A stretch of DNA of 45,879 nucleotides from an uncultured Candidatus Saccharibacteria bacterium (GTDB lineage: Bacteria; Patescibacteriota; UBA1384; JAMDBS01; CAYSHH01): assembly GCA_964430945.1 (NCBI GenBank), contig CAYSHH010000007.1:1-45879 (forward strand). The letters run 5' to 3'. The notes beneath the pieces are model-generated. The model did no database searches. It was not told the origin of the DNA and worked only from the letters and a program-made list of their open reading frames with translations. This document shows positions 1-8,874 of the stretch, one piece after another (position 1 is the stretch's first letter; the number at the start of each line of letters is the position of its first letter). The position numbers were made by a program, and so were the translations under genes.

Positions 1-620
1 AAATTTTGTCTATACAGGGCAATGTAATCCCATCTACACTCGAAAATATTAAATTAGCGGGAGAACTCAAAAGTGGTCAAAAAATTACTGGAGAAAGAAA
101 GCTTTTTTTAGCTGGTATAAAAAGTGGTATAAAAAAAGTTTGGCTTGTGCCAGAAAATGTAAGGGCCAATCGATGTGCAGTGCAAGCCATTAAAGAAGCA
201 AACACTATAGTTATTGGTCCAGGCAGTCTCTATACTAGCATTATTCCAAACCTACTATTGGCTGAAATTACCAAAACTATACTGAATAACAAAAAAGCAA
301 AGAAAATATATATATGCAATGCTTCTACGGAACGAGGCGAAACACAAGGATTTAGCGTCGATGATCACATTCATGAGTTGCAAAAATATTCTAACAACAG
401 TCTTTTTGATGTTTGTCTTGTGAATAATAAAATCATCTCACGTTCGAAAAAAGAATATAAATTAGGTGAGGTAAAAAATATTATGACTTCAAAAAGCACA
501 ATAGCCGGTTGTCGCATAATTAGTTCTGATCTTATAAAACTAGCAAATCCTTTATATCACGACAAACACAAAATAGCTAAAAAAATTTGGGAGATAGTTA
601 ATGTCAAAAAAACAAAATAA
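1..620 (+). CDS. yvcK: YvcK/UPF0052 (gluconeogenesis factor, CofD-related) family protein, 5'-truncated by the window edge
   Basis: Motifs GNVIPST, IVIGPGSLYTSIIPNLL, KKIYICN; the frame is open at the window start. Confidence 0.85.
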   Translation, partial: ILSIQGNVIPSTLENIKLAGELKSGQKITGERKLFLAGIKSGIKKVWLVPENVRANRCAVQAIKEANTIVIGPGSLYTSIIPNLLLAEITKTILNNKKAKKIYICNASTERGETQGFSVDDHIHELQKYSNNSLFDVCLVNNKIISRSKKEYKLGEVKNIMTSKSTIAGCRIISSDLIKLANPLYHDKHKIAKKIWEIVNVKKTK

Positions 621-1569
621 AATTATTTCGATAGTTGGACCAACCGCATCAGGAAAAAGTAGTCTCGGAATTGAATTGGCAAAAAAGTTTAATGGTGATG
701 TAGTGTCGATAGACTCACGACAGATTTATAGAAATATGGATATTGCTACCGGCAAAGAAGTCGGTAGTGTTGATAATAAAAAATGTATGTTCATCAATCT
801 CGATCAAAAGAGAAAAAGAGTGTGTCCATACGTATCAAAAAATATTAAGCACTGGATGATAGATATAGCTGATCCAAAAGATGATTTTTATTCAGTCGCT
901 CAATTCCAAGACATGTCATATCAAATCATTTTTAAACTATTTCCAAAAAATGTCTTGCCAATATTGGTTGGTGGAAGCGGGCTATATATGGATGCAATAC
1001 TAGAAGGATATCTTTTTCCAAAAACTTCTGTTCGACTAAGAAAAGAATTAGAAAGATTTAAAACAAGTGAGCTACTGGATGAATTAAAAAATAATGATCC
1101 TTCAACTTATGGAAAAATTGACAAGAAAAACCGTCGACGAATACTTCGAGCTCTAGAATCGTATTTAGTCAATAAAAAATCCCATTCGCAAGCTCGTAAG
1201 AAAAAACCTGACTTTGAATATATTACTCTAGCCATCGATTGGCCAAGACAAGAGCTCTATGATCGTATTGATAAGAGAGTCGATGAATGGGTCAAGGGTA
1301 GGTTGATTAACGAGGTATATAAATTGCATGCTTACGGTGTTAGCTATAAAAAACTAAGGGATTTTGGACTTGAGTATAGAAATGTTGCTTTTTTCCTACA
1401 AGGAAAAATTACTCGTTTCGAGATGATAAAAAACATGAAGGCTGAAACTCACGCTTTTGCCCGACGTCAACTTACTTGGTGGAGACGAAATAAAAATATT
1501 ATTTGGTTAAAGCCAGATAAGGATCTTACTAAAAATGCAATCAAAATTGTAGATAAATTTTTGCAATAA
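601..1569 (+). CDS. miaA: tRNA dimethylallyltransferase
   Basis: GPTASGKS P-loop, DSRQIYRNMDIATGK, VGGSGLY, NRRRILRALE, FARRQLTWW. Confidence 0.97.
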   Translation: MSKKQNKIISIVGPTASGKSSLGIELAKKFNGDVVSIDSRQIYRNMDIATGKEVGSVDNKKCMFINLDQKRKRVCPYVSKNIKHWMIDIADPKDDFYSVAQFQDMSYQIIFKLFPKNVLPILVGGSGLYMDAILEGYLFPKTSVRLRKELERFKTSELLDELKNNDPSTYGKIDKKNRRRILRALESYLVNKKSHSQARKKKPDFEYITLAIDWPRQELYDRIDKRVDEWVKGRLINEVYKLHAYGVSYKKLRDFGLEYRNVAFFLQGKITRFEMIKNMKAETHAFARRQLTWWRRNKNIIWLKPDKDLTKNAIKIVDKFLQ

Positions 1570-1596
1570 TTTATTTTTTTTTAGTATAATATTATT

Positions 1597-3129
1597 ATGC
1601 TAGCAAAAGTGAACTCCATGGCCGTTATTGGTCTTGAATCACATCCTATAGAAGTAGAGGTAGACATTTCCAAAGGTTTGCCTTCTTTTAATATTGTCGG
1701 ATTGCCAGATAAGGCTGTCGAAGAGTCAAAAGAGAGGGTTAGATCCGCTATCAAAAACTCTGGTGCAAAATTTCCAATGCAGCGTATCACAATAAATCTT
1801 GCTCCGGCTGATCTTAAAAAACAGGGCCCAGCATATGATCTGGCAATCGCTGTGGGTATACTTATTGCCGATAGACAAATTCCACTCAACGATCTTAGTG
1901 ATAGCTTATTTATTGGTGAACTTGCTTTAAATGGAAACTTAAGGCATGTTGCAGGTATGCTGCCAATTGTTATTGAAGCACAAAAAAAGAAAGTTAAAAA
2001 AATTTATTTACCCAAGGTAAATGCCTCAGAGGCATCATTAATTGAAGACATTGAGATTATTGCTTGTGAAAACTTGTCTGGATTGATCTTGCATCTTAAA
2101 GAAGAAAAGACAATCAAAAAGTATAAACGCAAATATAAATTCGTCGAGGATATAGAAAAATCCGATTACGATTTTGCATATGTCAAAGGGCAAGAGCAGG
2201 CAAAGCGCGCATTAGAAATAGCTGCTGCCGGAGCGCATAATGTGCTCATGTCTGGTCCTCCAGGATCTGGAAAAACACTTCTTGCTAAAAGCTTCAAGAC
2301 AATACTTCCACCACTTAACAAAAACGAGGTTTTGGAAGTAACGAAAATTTATTCAATAGCGGGGATTTTACCACATGATACACCGTTAATATCAACAAGA
2401 CCATTGCGTACTCCACATCATACAGCAAGTCATATTGCACTTGTTGGTGGTGGAGCTTGGCCAAAACCGGGTGAAATAACTCTATCTCATCGAGGGGTAT
2501 TGTTTTTAGATGAATTTCCTGAGTTTCCTCGTTTAGTATTAGAATCTTTAAGACAACCCTTAGAAAATCATGAGGTTACTGTATCTCGTGCCCAAGGAAC
2601 GCTTACTTTTCCAGCAAATTTCATATTTGTTGCAGCACAAAATCCCTGCCCCTGTGGTTATTGGGGAGATCAGGAAAGACAATGTACGTGCACCTCGCAC
2701 CAGATTATAAAATACCAGAAAAAAATATCTGGACCACTCCTAGATCGTATTGATATACATCTTGAAGTGCCACGTATCAAATTTGAAAAACTTTCCAAAG
2801 AAGAGCTGTCTGAATCCTCAATAGATATCAGAAAACGTGTTAAAAATGCTAGGTTAACCCAAGAAAAGAGATTTAGTGATAATTACAAAAAGAATATTCT
2901 TACTAACTCTGAAATGGGTCAAAGAGAAATCAAAAAATATTGCCCACTAGACGATGAGTCAAAAAAGATTCTGAAACAAGCAGTTGAACAGATGAATCTT
3001 TCTGCTCGGGCATATTTTCGGATTATTCGCATTGCAAGAACCATTTCCGACCTAGAAAAGTCAAAAGACATTACAGCCAAACATATTGCTGAAGCCTTGC
3101 AATATCGCCCAAAAGAAAAAGTGTATTGA
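1597..3129 (+). CDS. comM: YifB/ComM family Mg-chelatase-like AAA+ ATPase
   Basis: N-terminal Lon-like domain (IVGLPDKAVEESKERVR, NLAPADLKK), GPPGSGKT, LFLDEF, CPCG..C.C, LSARAYFRIIRIARTISDL. Confidence 0.95.
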   Translation: MLAKVNSMAVIGLESHPIEVEVDISKGLPSFNIVGLPDKAVEESKERVRSAIKNSGAKFPMQRITINLAPADLKKQGPAYDLAIAVGILIADRQIPLNDLSDSLFIGELALNGNLRHVAGMLPIVIEAQKKKVKKIYLPKVNASEASLIEDIEIIACENLSGLILHLKEEKTIKKYKRKYKFVEDIEKSDYDFAYVKGQEQAKRALEIAAAGAHNVLMSGPPGSGKTLLAKSFKTILPPLNKNEVLEVTKIYSIAGILPHDTPLISTRPLRTPHHTASHIALVGGGAWPKPGEITLSHRGVLFLDEFPEFPRLVLESLRQPLENHEVTVSRAQGTLTFPANFIFVAAQNPCPCGYWGDQERQCTCTSHQIIKYQKKISGPLLDRIDIHLEVPRIKFEKLSKEELSESSIDIRKRVKNARLTQEKRFSDNYKKNILTNSEMGQREIKKYCPLDDESKKILKQAVEQMNLSARAYFRIIRIARTISDLEKSKDITAKHIAEALQYRPKEKVY

Positions 3130-3191
3130 TTTTTATAAAAATATTATTTAAGTGTATAATATAATAAATACTTTTAATAAGGAGGAATTTA

Positions 3192-4511
3192 ATGAAAAAA
3201 ATCATATTAGTTTTTTTGCTCGGACTGATTTTACTTCCAACATTTGCCTTTGCTGATGGTGGAATGTTTCCACCGGATAATAATTATATTTACGAAACTG
3301 GACAAAAAGGGGCTATCTACTATAAAAACAAAGAAGAAACCCTTGTCTTGTCAACTTCTTATGAAGGTGACGCAAAAGACTTTTCTTGGATCATTCCAAC
3401 TCCAACCCAGCCGGATGTCACAAAGGTTTCCAAGGATATATTCACTAATTTATCAAAACTCACAGAGTTAGAAGTTAATAAAAGTGCACCGAGTAGTCTT
3501 GGCGGAGCTGGAATGTTGGAAACTGCAGTTGGCGAAGTACAAGTTTTAGAAGAAAAACAAATTGGTTATTATGACGTAACAGTTATCAAATCAACTGATG
3601 AGAATGCACTGTATGATTGGTTTAAAGAAAATGGTTATCAATATCCCGAAGATGGAAAATATATTTTAGACGATTACGTGCGCCTTGGTTGGATCTTCAC
3701 TGCAGTAAAGATTACCGAAGATGCACAATCAAACAGTTCAATTCAGGAAAAAATAAACAGTGGACAAGTAGCCCCGCTTAAGCTTGTTTTTTCTTCAGAT
3801 AATATCGTTTTTCCTCTAAAGATTTCTGGTATATCACAATATTTTTCAGAGTACGAAGACTTAAGAAATGGCAATGACGAAAACTTGTCATTGGACACCG
3901 AACCCATTTCCCCATACTATCCTACTGGTATGTCTATCGAACTGTATGTATTTACAGATAGCAAACAAGAACTTACTGGTTTTACCACGGAATATGCAGA
4001 CTGGGTTAACTCAGATCAAATCAATCGTCTTGCTACAGATGAACAAGGTAACAGTTGGGTCAATGCAGATCAAAAAATGTATCTTACTAAAATGTATAGA
4101 TATACTGAGTTGTCCCAGATGGATGAAGATCTTTATCCACAGAGCGCTAAGGACAATCATACTGTTGGAGTATTGAGTTGGTGGGAGAAAATAATAAATT
4201 GGGCGATTCAGTATATTGTAGTATTCCTGATAATTCTTGTCTTGATGTATTTTGTACCGATATATTGGCAATTCAAGTCAGCTTCAAAAGCATGTCACGT
4301 CATAAGTTGGATATCTCAGACTATTAGTTTCTTGATCATTGGTGCACTACCGCTTATATATGCGCTTATGATCTCATTTGAAATTTTTGGATATGGCTAT
4401 GTAGATTTCTCAATGATCATGGTGGGAATCCCATATATTATTATGCCACTTATGATGCTTGTTCTTCTTATTGCTGAGGGTGTCTGGCAAAAGAAAAACA
4501 TTCAAAGATAA
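3192..4511 (+). CDS. DUF2330-like exported protein with C-terminal transmembrane helices
   Basis: Signal peptide ending AFA-DGG; ETLVL..YEGDAKDFSWIIPTP; W...NGY..P; PLKLVF; three hydrophobic C-terminal segments; SD AAGGAGG. Confidence 0.75.
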   Translation: MKKIILVFLLGLILLPTFAFADGGMFPPDNNYIYETGQKGAIYYKNKEETLVLSTSYEGDAKDFSWIIPTPTQPDVTKVSKDIFTNLSKLTELEVNKSAPSSLGGAGMLETAVGEVQVLEEKQIGYYDVTVIKSTDENALYDWFKENGYQYPEDGKYILDDYVRLGWIFTAVKITEDAQSNSSIQEKINSGQVAPLKLVFSSDNIVFPLKISGISQYFSEYEDLRNGNDENLSLDTEPISPYYPTGMSIELYVFTDSKQELTGFTTEYADWVNSDQINRLATDEQGNSWVNADQKMYLTKMYRYTELSQMDEDLYPQSAKDNHTVGVLSWWEKIINWAIQYIVVFLIILVLMYFVPIYWQFKSASKACHVISWISQTISFLIIGALPLIYALMISFEIFGYGYVDFSMIMVGIPYIIMPLMMLVLLIAEGVWQKKNIQR

Positions 4512-4523
4512 AACCCCATATAT

Positions 4524-4554
4524 AAAATACGGGCAGTTTCTCAGCCCGTATTTT
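4524..4554. terminator. Bidirectional intrinsic terminator between convergent genes
   Basis: Perfect 11-bp inverted repeat aaaatacgggc/gcccgtatttt. Confidence 0.8.
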
Positions 4555-4589
4555 CATTATCAATAGAACTATTAAAATCTCTTATAACG

Positions 4590-4892
4590 CTATATTTCGA
4601 TGTGTAAGCTATCAGCTAATCTTTGCGAAAAATCATCTATAATGTTCGTGGTAGTTCCCAAATATACAACAATAGCTAAAAGCAATACGGTAACTAAAGT
4701 AGCCAAAAGTATTCTCCTCATATCCTTTTTTATCAAATTCGTCTCTGAATTTATAGGTGCTTTAGATCCATGCTCGTTTGAAGTAGTGCTTTTTTCTAAA
4801 GTTTTTATCGAGTTATCTTTTTCTTGTCTTTCAATATTGCTTAGCGCTTCGCCAAGCTTAATTTTATTTTTCTTCTTTTTTTTCTTGCTCAT
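4590..4892 (-). CDS. Small membrane protein (Lys-rich N-terminus, one C-terminal TM helix)
   Basis: ATG at 4892 (MSKKKKKK...); the longer 156-aa call runs into tRNA-Cys so the start was trimmed. Confidence 0.7.
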   Translation of the reverse strand: MSKKKKKKNKIKLGEALSNIERQEKDNSIKTLEKSTTSNEHGSKAPINSETNLIKKDMRRILLATLVTVLLLAIVVYLGTTTNIIDDFSQRLADSLHIEI

Positions 4893-4936
4893 ATTTATAA
4901 TATTATTTATATAATTTAAAATAGTCAAATAGTTTT

Positions 4937-5011
4937 TGGAGGCGCGAGAGGGAATCGAACCCTCGCATCGAGGTTTTGCAGACCCCAGCGTTTCCACTTC
5001 GCCATCGCGCC
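4937..5011 (-). tRNA. tRNA-Cys(GCA)
   Basis: Acceptor GGCGCGA/TCGCGCC, anticodon loop CT-GCA-AA, T-loop TTCGATT, U73, encoded CCA. Confidence 0.97.
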
Positions 5012-5101
5012 AAATTTTTCCAATTAAAACGATTTTATCAAATAAGATACCTGTTTTCAATCTTAACTTGTGTTATTATATAGTAAATTAAATATTTAAA
5101 T

Positions 5102-5809
5102 ATGAAAATACGTATCAATAAATTTGTTTCTCGCTCGCTCGGAATTTCCAGAAGAGCTGCTGATAAACTTATATCATCTGGACAAGTTTTAGCAAACAAA
5201 GAACAAGTAGTCCTTGGTCAAATCGTTGACGATACCAAGGATATAATCGTGGTCAATGGAAAAACATTAAAACAAAAAAATGATTTTGTATATTATGCTC
5301 TTTATAAGCCAGTAGATTATGTAAGTACAACAGACGACAGGCATGCAATGAAAAAAGTTGTTGATCTTGTACCAAGTGACCCAGTGGTTTATCCAGTAGG
5401 CAGATTAGATAAAAATTCTGAAGGACTAATGATTCTTACAAACGACGGAGAATTTGCCAATAGAATTACTCACCCGAGGTATGGACATACAAAAAAATAT
5501 ATAGTTACTCTAAATAGCAAGAAAAATGTTGACGAACATATTCAAAAAATAATTTCAAAAGCATATCGCGGTGTTAGACTTACCGAAGGAATGGCTAAAT
5601 TTGACGATATTAAATCCATCTCTGGTTCACAACTTCAATTTATAGTTACTATCCATCAAGGCTGGAAGCGTCAAATCCGACGCATGTTTGAGCGTATGGG
5701 TTATGAAGTAGTAAAACTAAAAAGAATTTCAATTGGTAATCTTGATTTAAGAGAACTCAATCTCAAAAATTCTAAATTTGTCACGATAAAACCAAAAGAT
5801 GTGGTTTAA
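5102..5809 (+). CDS. RsuA/RluB/RluF family rRNA pseudouridine synthase
   Basis: S4 domain (RINKFVS..LGISRRAAD), YPVGRLDKNSEGL with catalytic Asp, QGWKRQIRRMF. Confidence 0.95.
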   Translation: MKIRINKFVSRSLGISRRAADKLISSGQVLANKEQVVLGQIVDDTKDIIVVNGKTLKQKNDFVYYALYKPVDYVSTTDDRHAMKKVVDLVPSDPVVYPVGRLDKNSEGLMILTNDGEFANRITHPRYGHTKKYIVTLNSKKNVDEHIQKIISKAYRGVRLTEGMAKFDDIKSISGSQLQFIVTIHQGWKRQIRRMFERMGYEVVKLKRISIGNLDLRELNLKNSKFVTIKPKDVV

Positions 5810-5833
5810 GTTCTAAATAAAAAAAACTCAGAG

Positions 5834-5905
5834 AGCGGGTGACCAGACTTGAACTGGCGACCTTTTCCTTGGCAAGGAAACGTTCTACCACTGAACTACA
5901 CCCGC
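5834..5905 (-). tRNA. tRNA-Gly(GCC), CCA not encoded
   Basis: Acceptor GCGGGTG/CACCCGC, anticodon arm TTTCC-TTGCCAA-GGAAA, T-loop TTCAAGT. Confidence 0.96.
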
Positions 5906-6066
5906 TCTCTGAGTTTTTAAACGTACTTCGTATAGAGAATTGTATCTTAGTTTGACTTATCGGCCTCTGTTTTATGTCAATTCTCTATTTACAAATCTTT
6001 TTAAATTTGTAAAATTATTATAGCATCTTGAAAAAAACTAGTAAATACCATATAATTACTCGTACA

Positions 6067-6288
6067 ATGCAAAAAGCTATATCGATCATACAAATAATTT
6101 TATCAACTCTCTTAGTAATTTCTATATTACTTCAACATAGAGGCACCGGTCTTGGTGGAGCCTTCGGTGGCGAAGCCAACGTTTACCGTTCTCGTAGAGG
6201 TGTAGAGAAATTCCTATATTATGCGACAGTCACTATCGCAGTACTATTTATAGGAATTGCAATTTTCAGTTTGGTATATTTATCATAA
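6067..6288 (+). CDS. secG: Preprotein translocase subunit SecG
   Basis: ILLQHRGTGLGGAFGG...RRGVEK with two TM helices; ATG at 6067. Confidence 0.93.
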   Translation: MQKAISIIQIILSTLLVISILLQHRGTGLGGAFGGEANVYRSRRGVEKFLYYATVTIAVLFIGIAIFSLVYLS

Positions 6289-6481
6289 AAATATAAAATA
6301 CAGAGATTTAACTTTCTATATATTCTTTTATGTTCATACTTGTAGCTACAAATATTTTCACAAGTAAGATAAGTATAAATTAAAAAGAATATAGTCAGCA
6401 ATCTTTTAAAATCATAAACTAAAGCTATATTTCATAAAAATAAAATTTATTTAGTTAAGAATTAGAAAGTTGAAATATTGA

Positions 6482-7837
6482 ATGAAAAAAATAGATTTTT
6501 CATATTATCTAAGATGGCTAAAAATATTTTTTGCAAATATTGCCAGTAAATTCAGCAAATGGGAAAAGACCGCAATATTTACCCTAATAATTGTCTGCAT
6601 TACGTCTGGAAGTCTTCTTTTATATAGTAATTGGATATCGCACACCAAAGAGGAACCAAACTACGGTGGTGCATATCGCGAAGGTATTATTCTTGAAAAC
6701 ACTGAGGATTTAACGGATACTATTAATCGGCTTACAAAAATTGGTCTTACTAGATTTTCTGACGACGGAAGCATCGCCAGCGACGTAGCTGAAAGTTGGG
6801 AGATATCCGATGATGTAAATGAATATACTTTTGTTATAAAAGACCAATTCCCGCGCGACGATGTCTTAAAAGAATTGGAAAAACAAAAAGATAAATGGCC
6901 AGGTATAGAGATTACAGCCAAAGACGAGAACAAAATTGTTTTTAAATTTGCCCAGCCGTTTAGTCCATTTCTTGCCACTACTACTGCGCCAGTTCTTCCA
7001 TATGGGCCATATAAGCTAGTTAATAAAGATTCCAAGCAAGTTAAGCTCGAAGTTAATAAAGACTTTCATTTGGGGCGCCCCTATCTTGATGAAATAATTT
7101 TAAAAATTTATCCAGATAAAGAAAATCTTATCAAAGCTTACAAAGAAAAGCAGATTGATGGTGTGTATTATGTTGACGACAAAGCAAATTTTCCAAATAC
7201 CAATTTTTATACATTTGATTTACCTCGATACAACATGATGTTCTTAAATACAGATCGAGAAATATTTAAAGACAAAACCACAAGACAAAAGATTGCCAAC
7301 AATGAGAAGCTAGATAGTGAGACCAAGGCTGTAGTTGTTGCACTCGACAGTGAAGAAAATAGAGCGCTATTGGAAGATCTTTTAAAAAAGTGGAACGATA
7401 TCAATTTCAAAGCCGATATCTATTACAAATCTGCTAACGAGCTTTTGAATAATGTGATACCAAATAGAGATTATGACGTTCTGATTTATGGATTAGATTA
7501 TGGGTATGATCCAGATCCATATCCATTTTGGCACTCAACTCAATCTGGTAGTGCTGGTTTCAACTTATCTAATTTTTCAGATATTGATGCTGATGTGCTT
7601 CTTGAAGATGCTAGAAAAATTGCTGACACCAAGGTGCGAAAGGAAAAATACGACGAGTTCTGGAGTATATTCAATGAAGAGGTACCCGCAGTAATTATTT
7701 CTCAAGATGAATGGGTATTCGGTATTTCTGATAAATTCAAGGGAGTAAAAAAGGGTTATGCAATTTCACCAGAAGACCGATTCTTATATATTTATAAATG
7801 GTATACAAACACCAAGCGAGTTTCCAGAGAAAAGTAA
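6482..7837 (+). CDS. ABC transporter substrate-binding protein family 5 (OppA/DppA-like), membrane-anchored, no permease adjacent
   Basis: N-terminal TM, GG.YREGI, LAESWEISDD..YTF, GPYK, DPDPYPFWHS, NLSNF. Confidence 0.85.
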   Translation: MKKIDFSYYLRWLKIFFANIASKFSKWEKTAIFTLIIVCITSGSLLLYSNWISHTKEEPNYGGAYREGIILENTEDLTDTINRLTKIGLTRFSDDGSIASDVAESWEISDDVNEYTFVIKDQFPRDDVLKELEKQKDKWPGIEITAKDENKIVFKFAQPFSPFLATTTAPVLPYGPYKLVNKDSKQVKLEVNKDFHLGRPYLDEIILKIYPDKENLIKAYKEKQIDGVYYVDDKANFPNTNFYTFDLPRYNMMFLNTDREIFKDKTTRQKIANNEKLDSETKAVVVALDSEENRALLEDLLKKWNDINFKADIYYKSANELLNNVIPNRDYDVLIYGLDYGYDPDPYPFWHSTQSGSAGFNLSNFSDIDADVLLEDARKIADTKVRKEKYDEFWSIFNEEVPAVIISQDEWVFGISDKFKGVKKGYAISPEDRFLYIYKWYTNTKRVSREK

Positions 7838-7861
7838 TCATCAATCAAATTAATTTTTTTT

Positions 7862-7891
7862 AAGAAGACACTGGTTCGGTGTCTTCTTTTT
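7862..7891 (+). terminator. Intrinsic terminator after the SBP gene
   Basis: aagaagacac/gtgtcttctt stem followed by T-run. Confidence 0.8.
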
Positions 7892-8218
7892 AAATAAATA
7901 TTATTTAATTCCTAATGTGTAAATTTAGATTCATGGTTTTGCTAAATTTTTATTACATCAACATATAATGCATTAATTACGGATTGTAATTGTATGAAAA
8001 AACGATGTTTGGCTTTGGATAAAACGTCAAAATCGGTACACGGAAAATTTACCATTGATCTTTTATATTTATCCTTTAACCTGTGGATACAGATAATATA
8101 GAAAAACATTTTGTGGAAAAACAATAAGACAACAGGTTAAAAATATTATGTTGTCATAATATGTATGATAATGTATGATAAATAACACATCGCAAAATAC
8201 TTAACATGGAGGGACGAA

Positions 8219-8446
8219 ATGGTTGGAATTACTAATAGGTTAGAAATTGTCGAAGTATTTAATGACTTAACCAAGGGGTTCGAACCAATAGATTTGGAAA
8301 ATCTTGTTCGAAAATATCCTGCTGATGCTACCACAATCAGATTACGTGGCGAAGGAGGTATTACGCATATAGGAAAATATAGATGCTGCAGAGATGCGGC
8401 TAATAAACTTCATGTATGGGTAATTTCTTCATCTTATTGCAACTAG
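8219..8446 (+). CDS. Hypothetical 75-aa protein
   Basis: ORF preceded by GGAGG SD; no recognisable family. Confidence 0.6.
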   Translation: MVGITNRLEIVEVFNDLTKGFEPIDLENLVRKYPADATTIRLRGEGGITHIGKYRCCRDAANKLHVWVISSSYCN

Positions 8447-8479
8447 CTCTGACTCCAATCGTAGAAAGGAGATGGTTAT

Positions 8480-8704
8480 ATGACAATCTACGGATACGAT
8501 TGGAAAAGGAAGAAATGGATAAAATTTTCAATAAGCAAAGTTGATAAAATCATGAAAGAAGAGGTGAATGCAGTGAGTGATAATTTTTCGAATGCCGGGT
8601 CAGCGTTTGCAGATCTTGTTGATGATTTGCAATCACGCAAACCCGAAGTAACAGACAAAAAAATTCCCGAAGCAGAAGGTGTTCCACAAATTCCCAAGGG
8701 CTAA
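8480..8704 (+). CDS. Hypothetical 74-aa protein
   Basis: ORF preceded by AAAGGAG SD and followed by a terminator. Confidence 0.65.
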   Translation: MTIYGYDWKRKKWIKFSISKVDKIMKEEVNAVSDNFSNAGSAFADLVDDLQSRKPEVTDKKIPEAEGVPQIPKG

Positions 8705-8729
8705 CTATTTGTAGCCAAAATCTTTCACC

Positions 8730-8753
8730 AAGGGGCCAAGCGCCCCTTTTTTT
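8730..8753 (+). terminator. Intrinsic terminator
   Basis: aaggggc-caagc-gcccctt followed by T-run. Confidence 0.8.
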
Positions 8754-8874
8754 ATTTGCATAAAATATATGTTTTGATATGATACAGTATTAATTTATAA
8801 TTGAAGAAGAAGCGCAATCGTTTAAGTACACAACAATTTTGATTTCTTATAGTTTGTAATTTTTATATATTATC

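Noticed and set aside
745-860. About 20-aa insertion with two Cys in MiaA after DIATGK
   Set aside because: This loop varies in length among MiaA proteins; no evidence of intein or other function.
4590-5060. 156-aa ORF call extending through tRNA-Cys
   Set aside because: The upstream 56 codons read through the tRNA gene; the real start is more likely ATG 4892.
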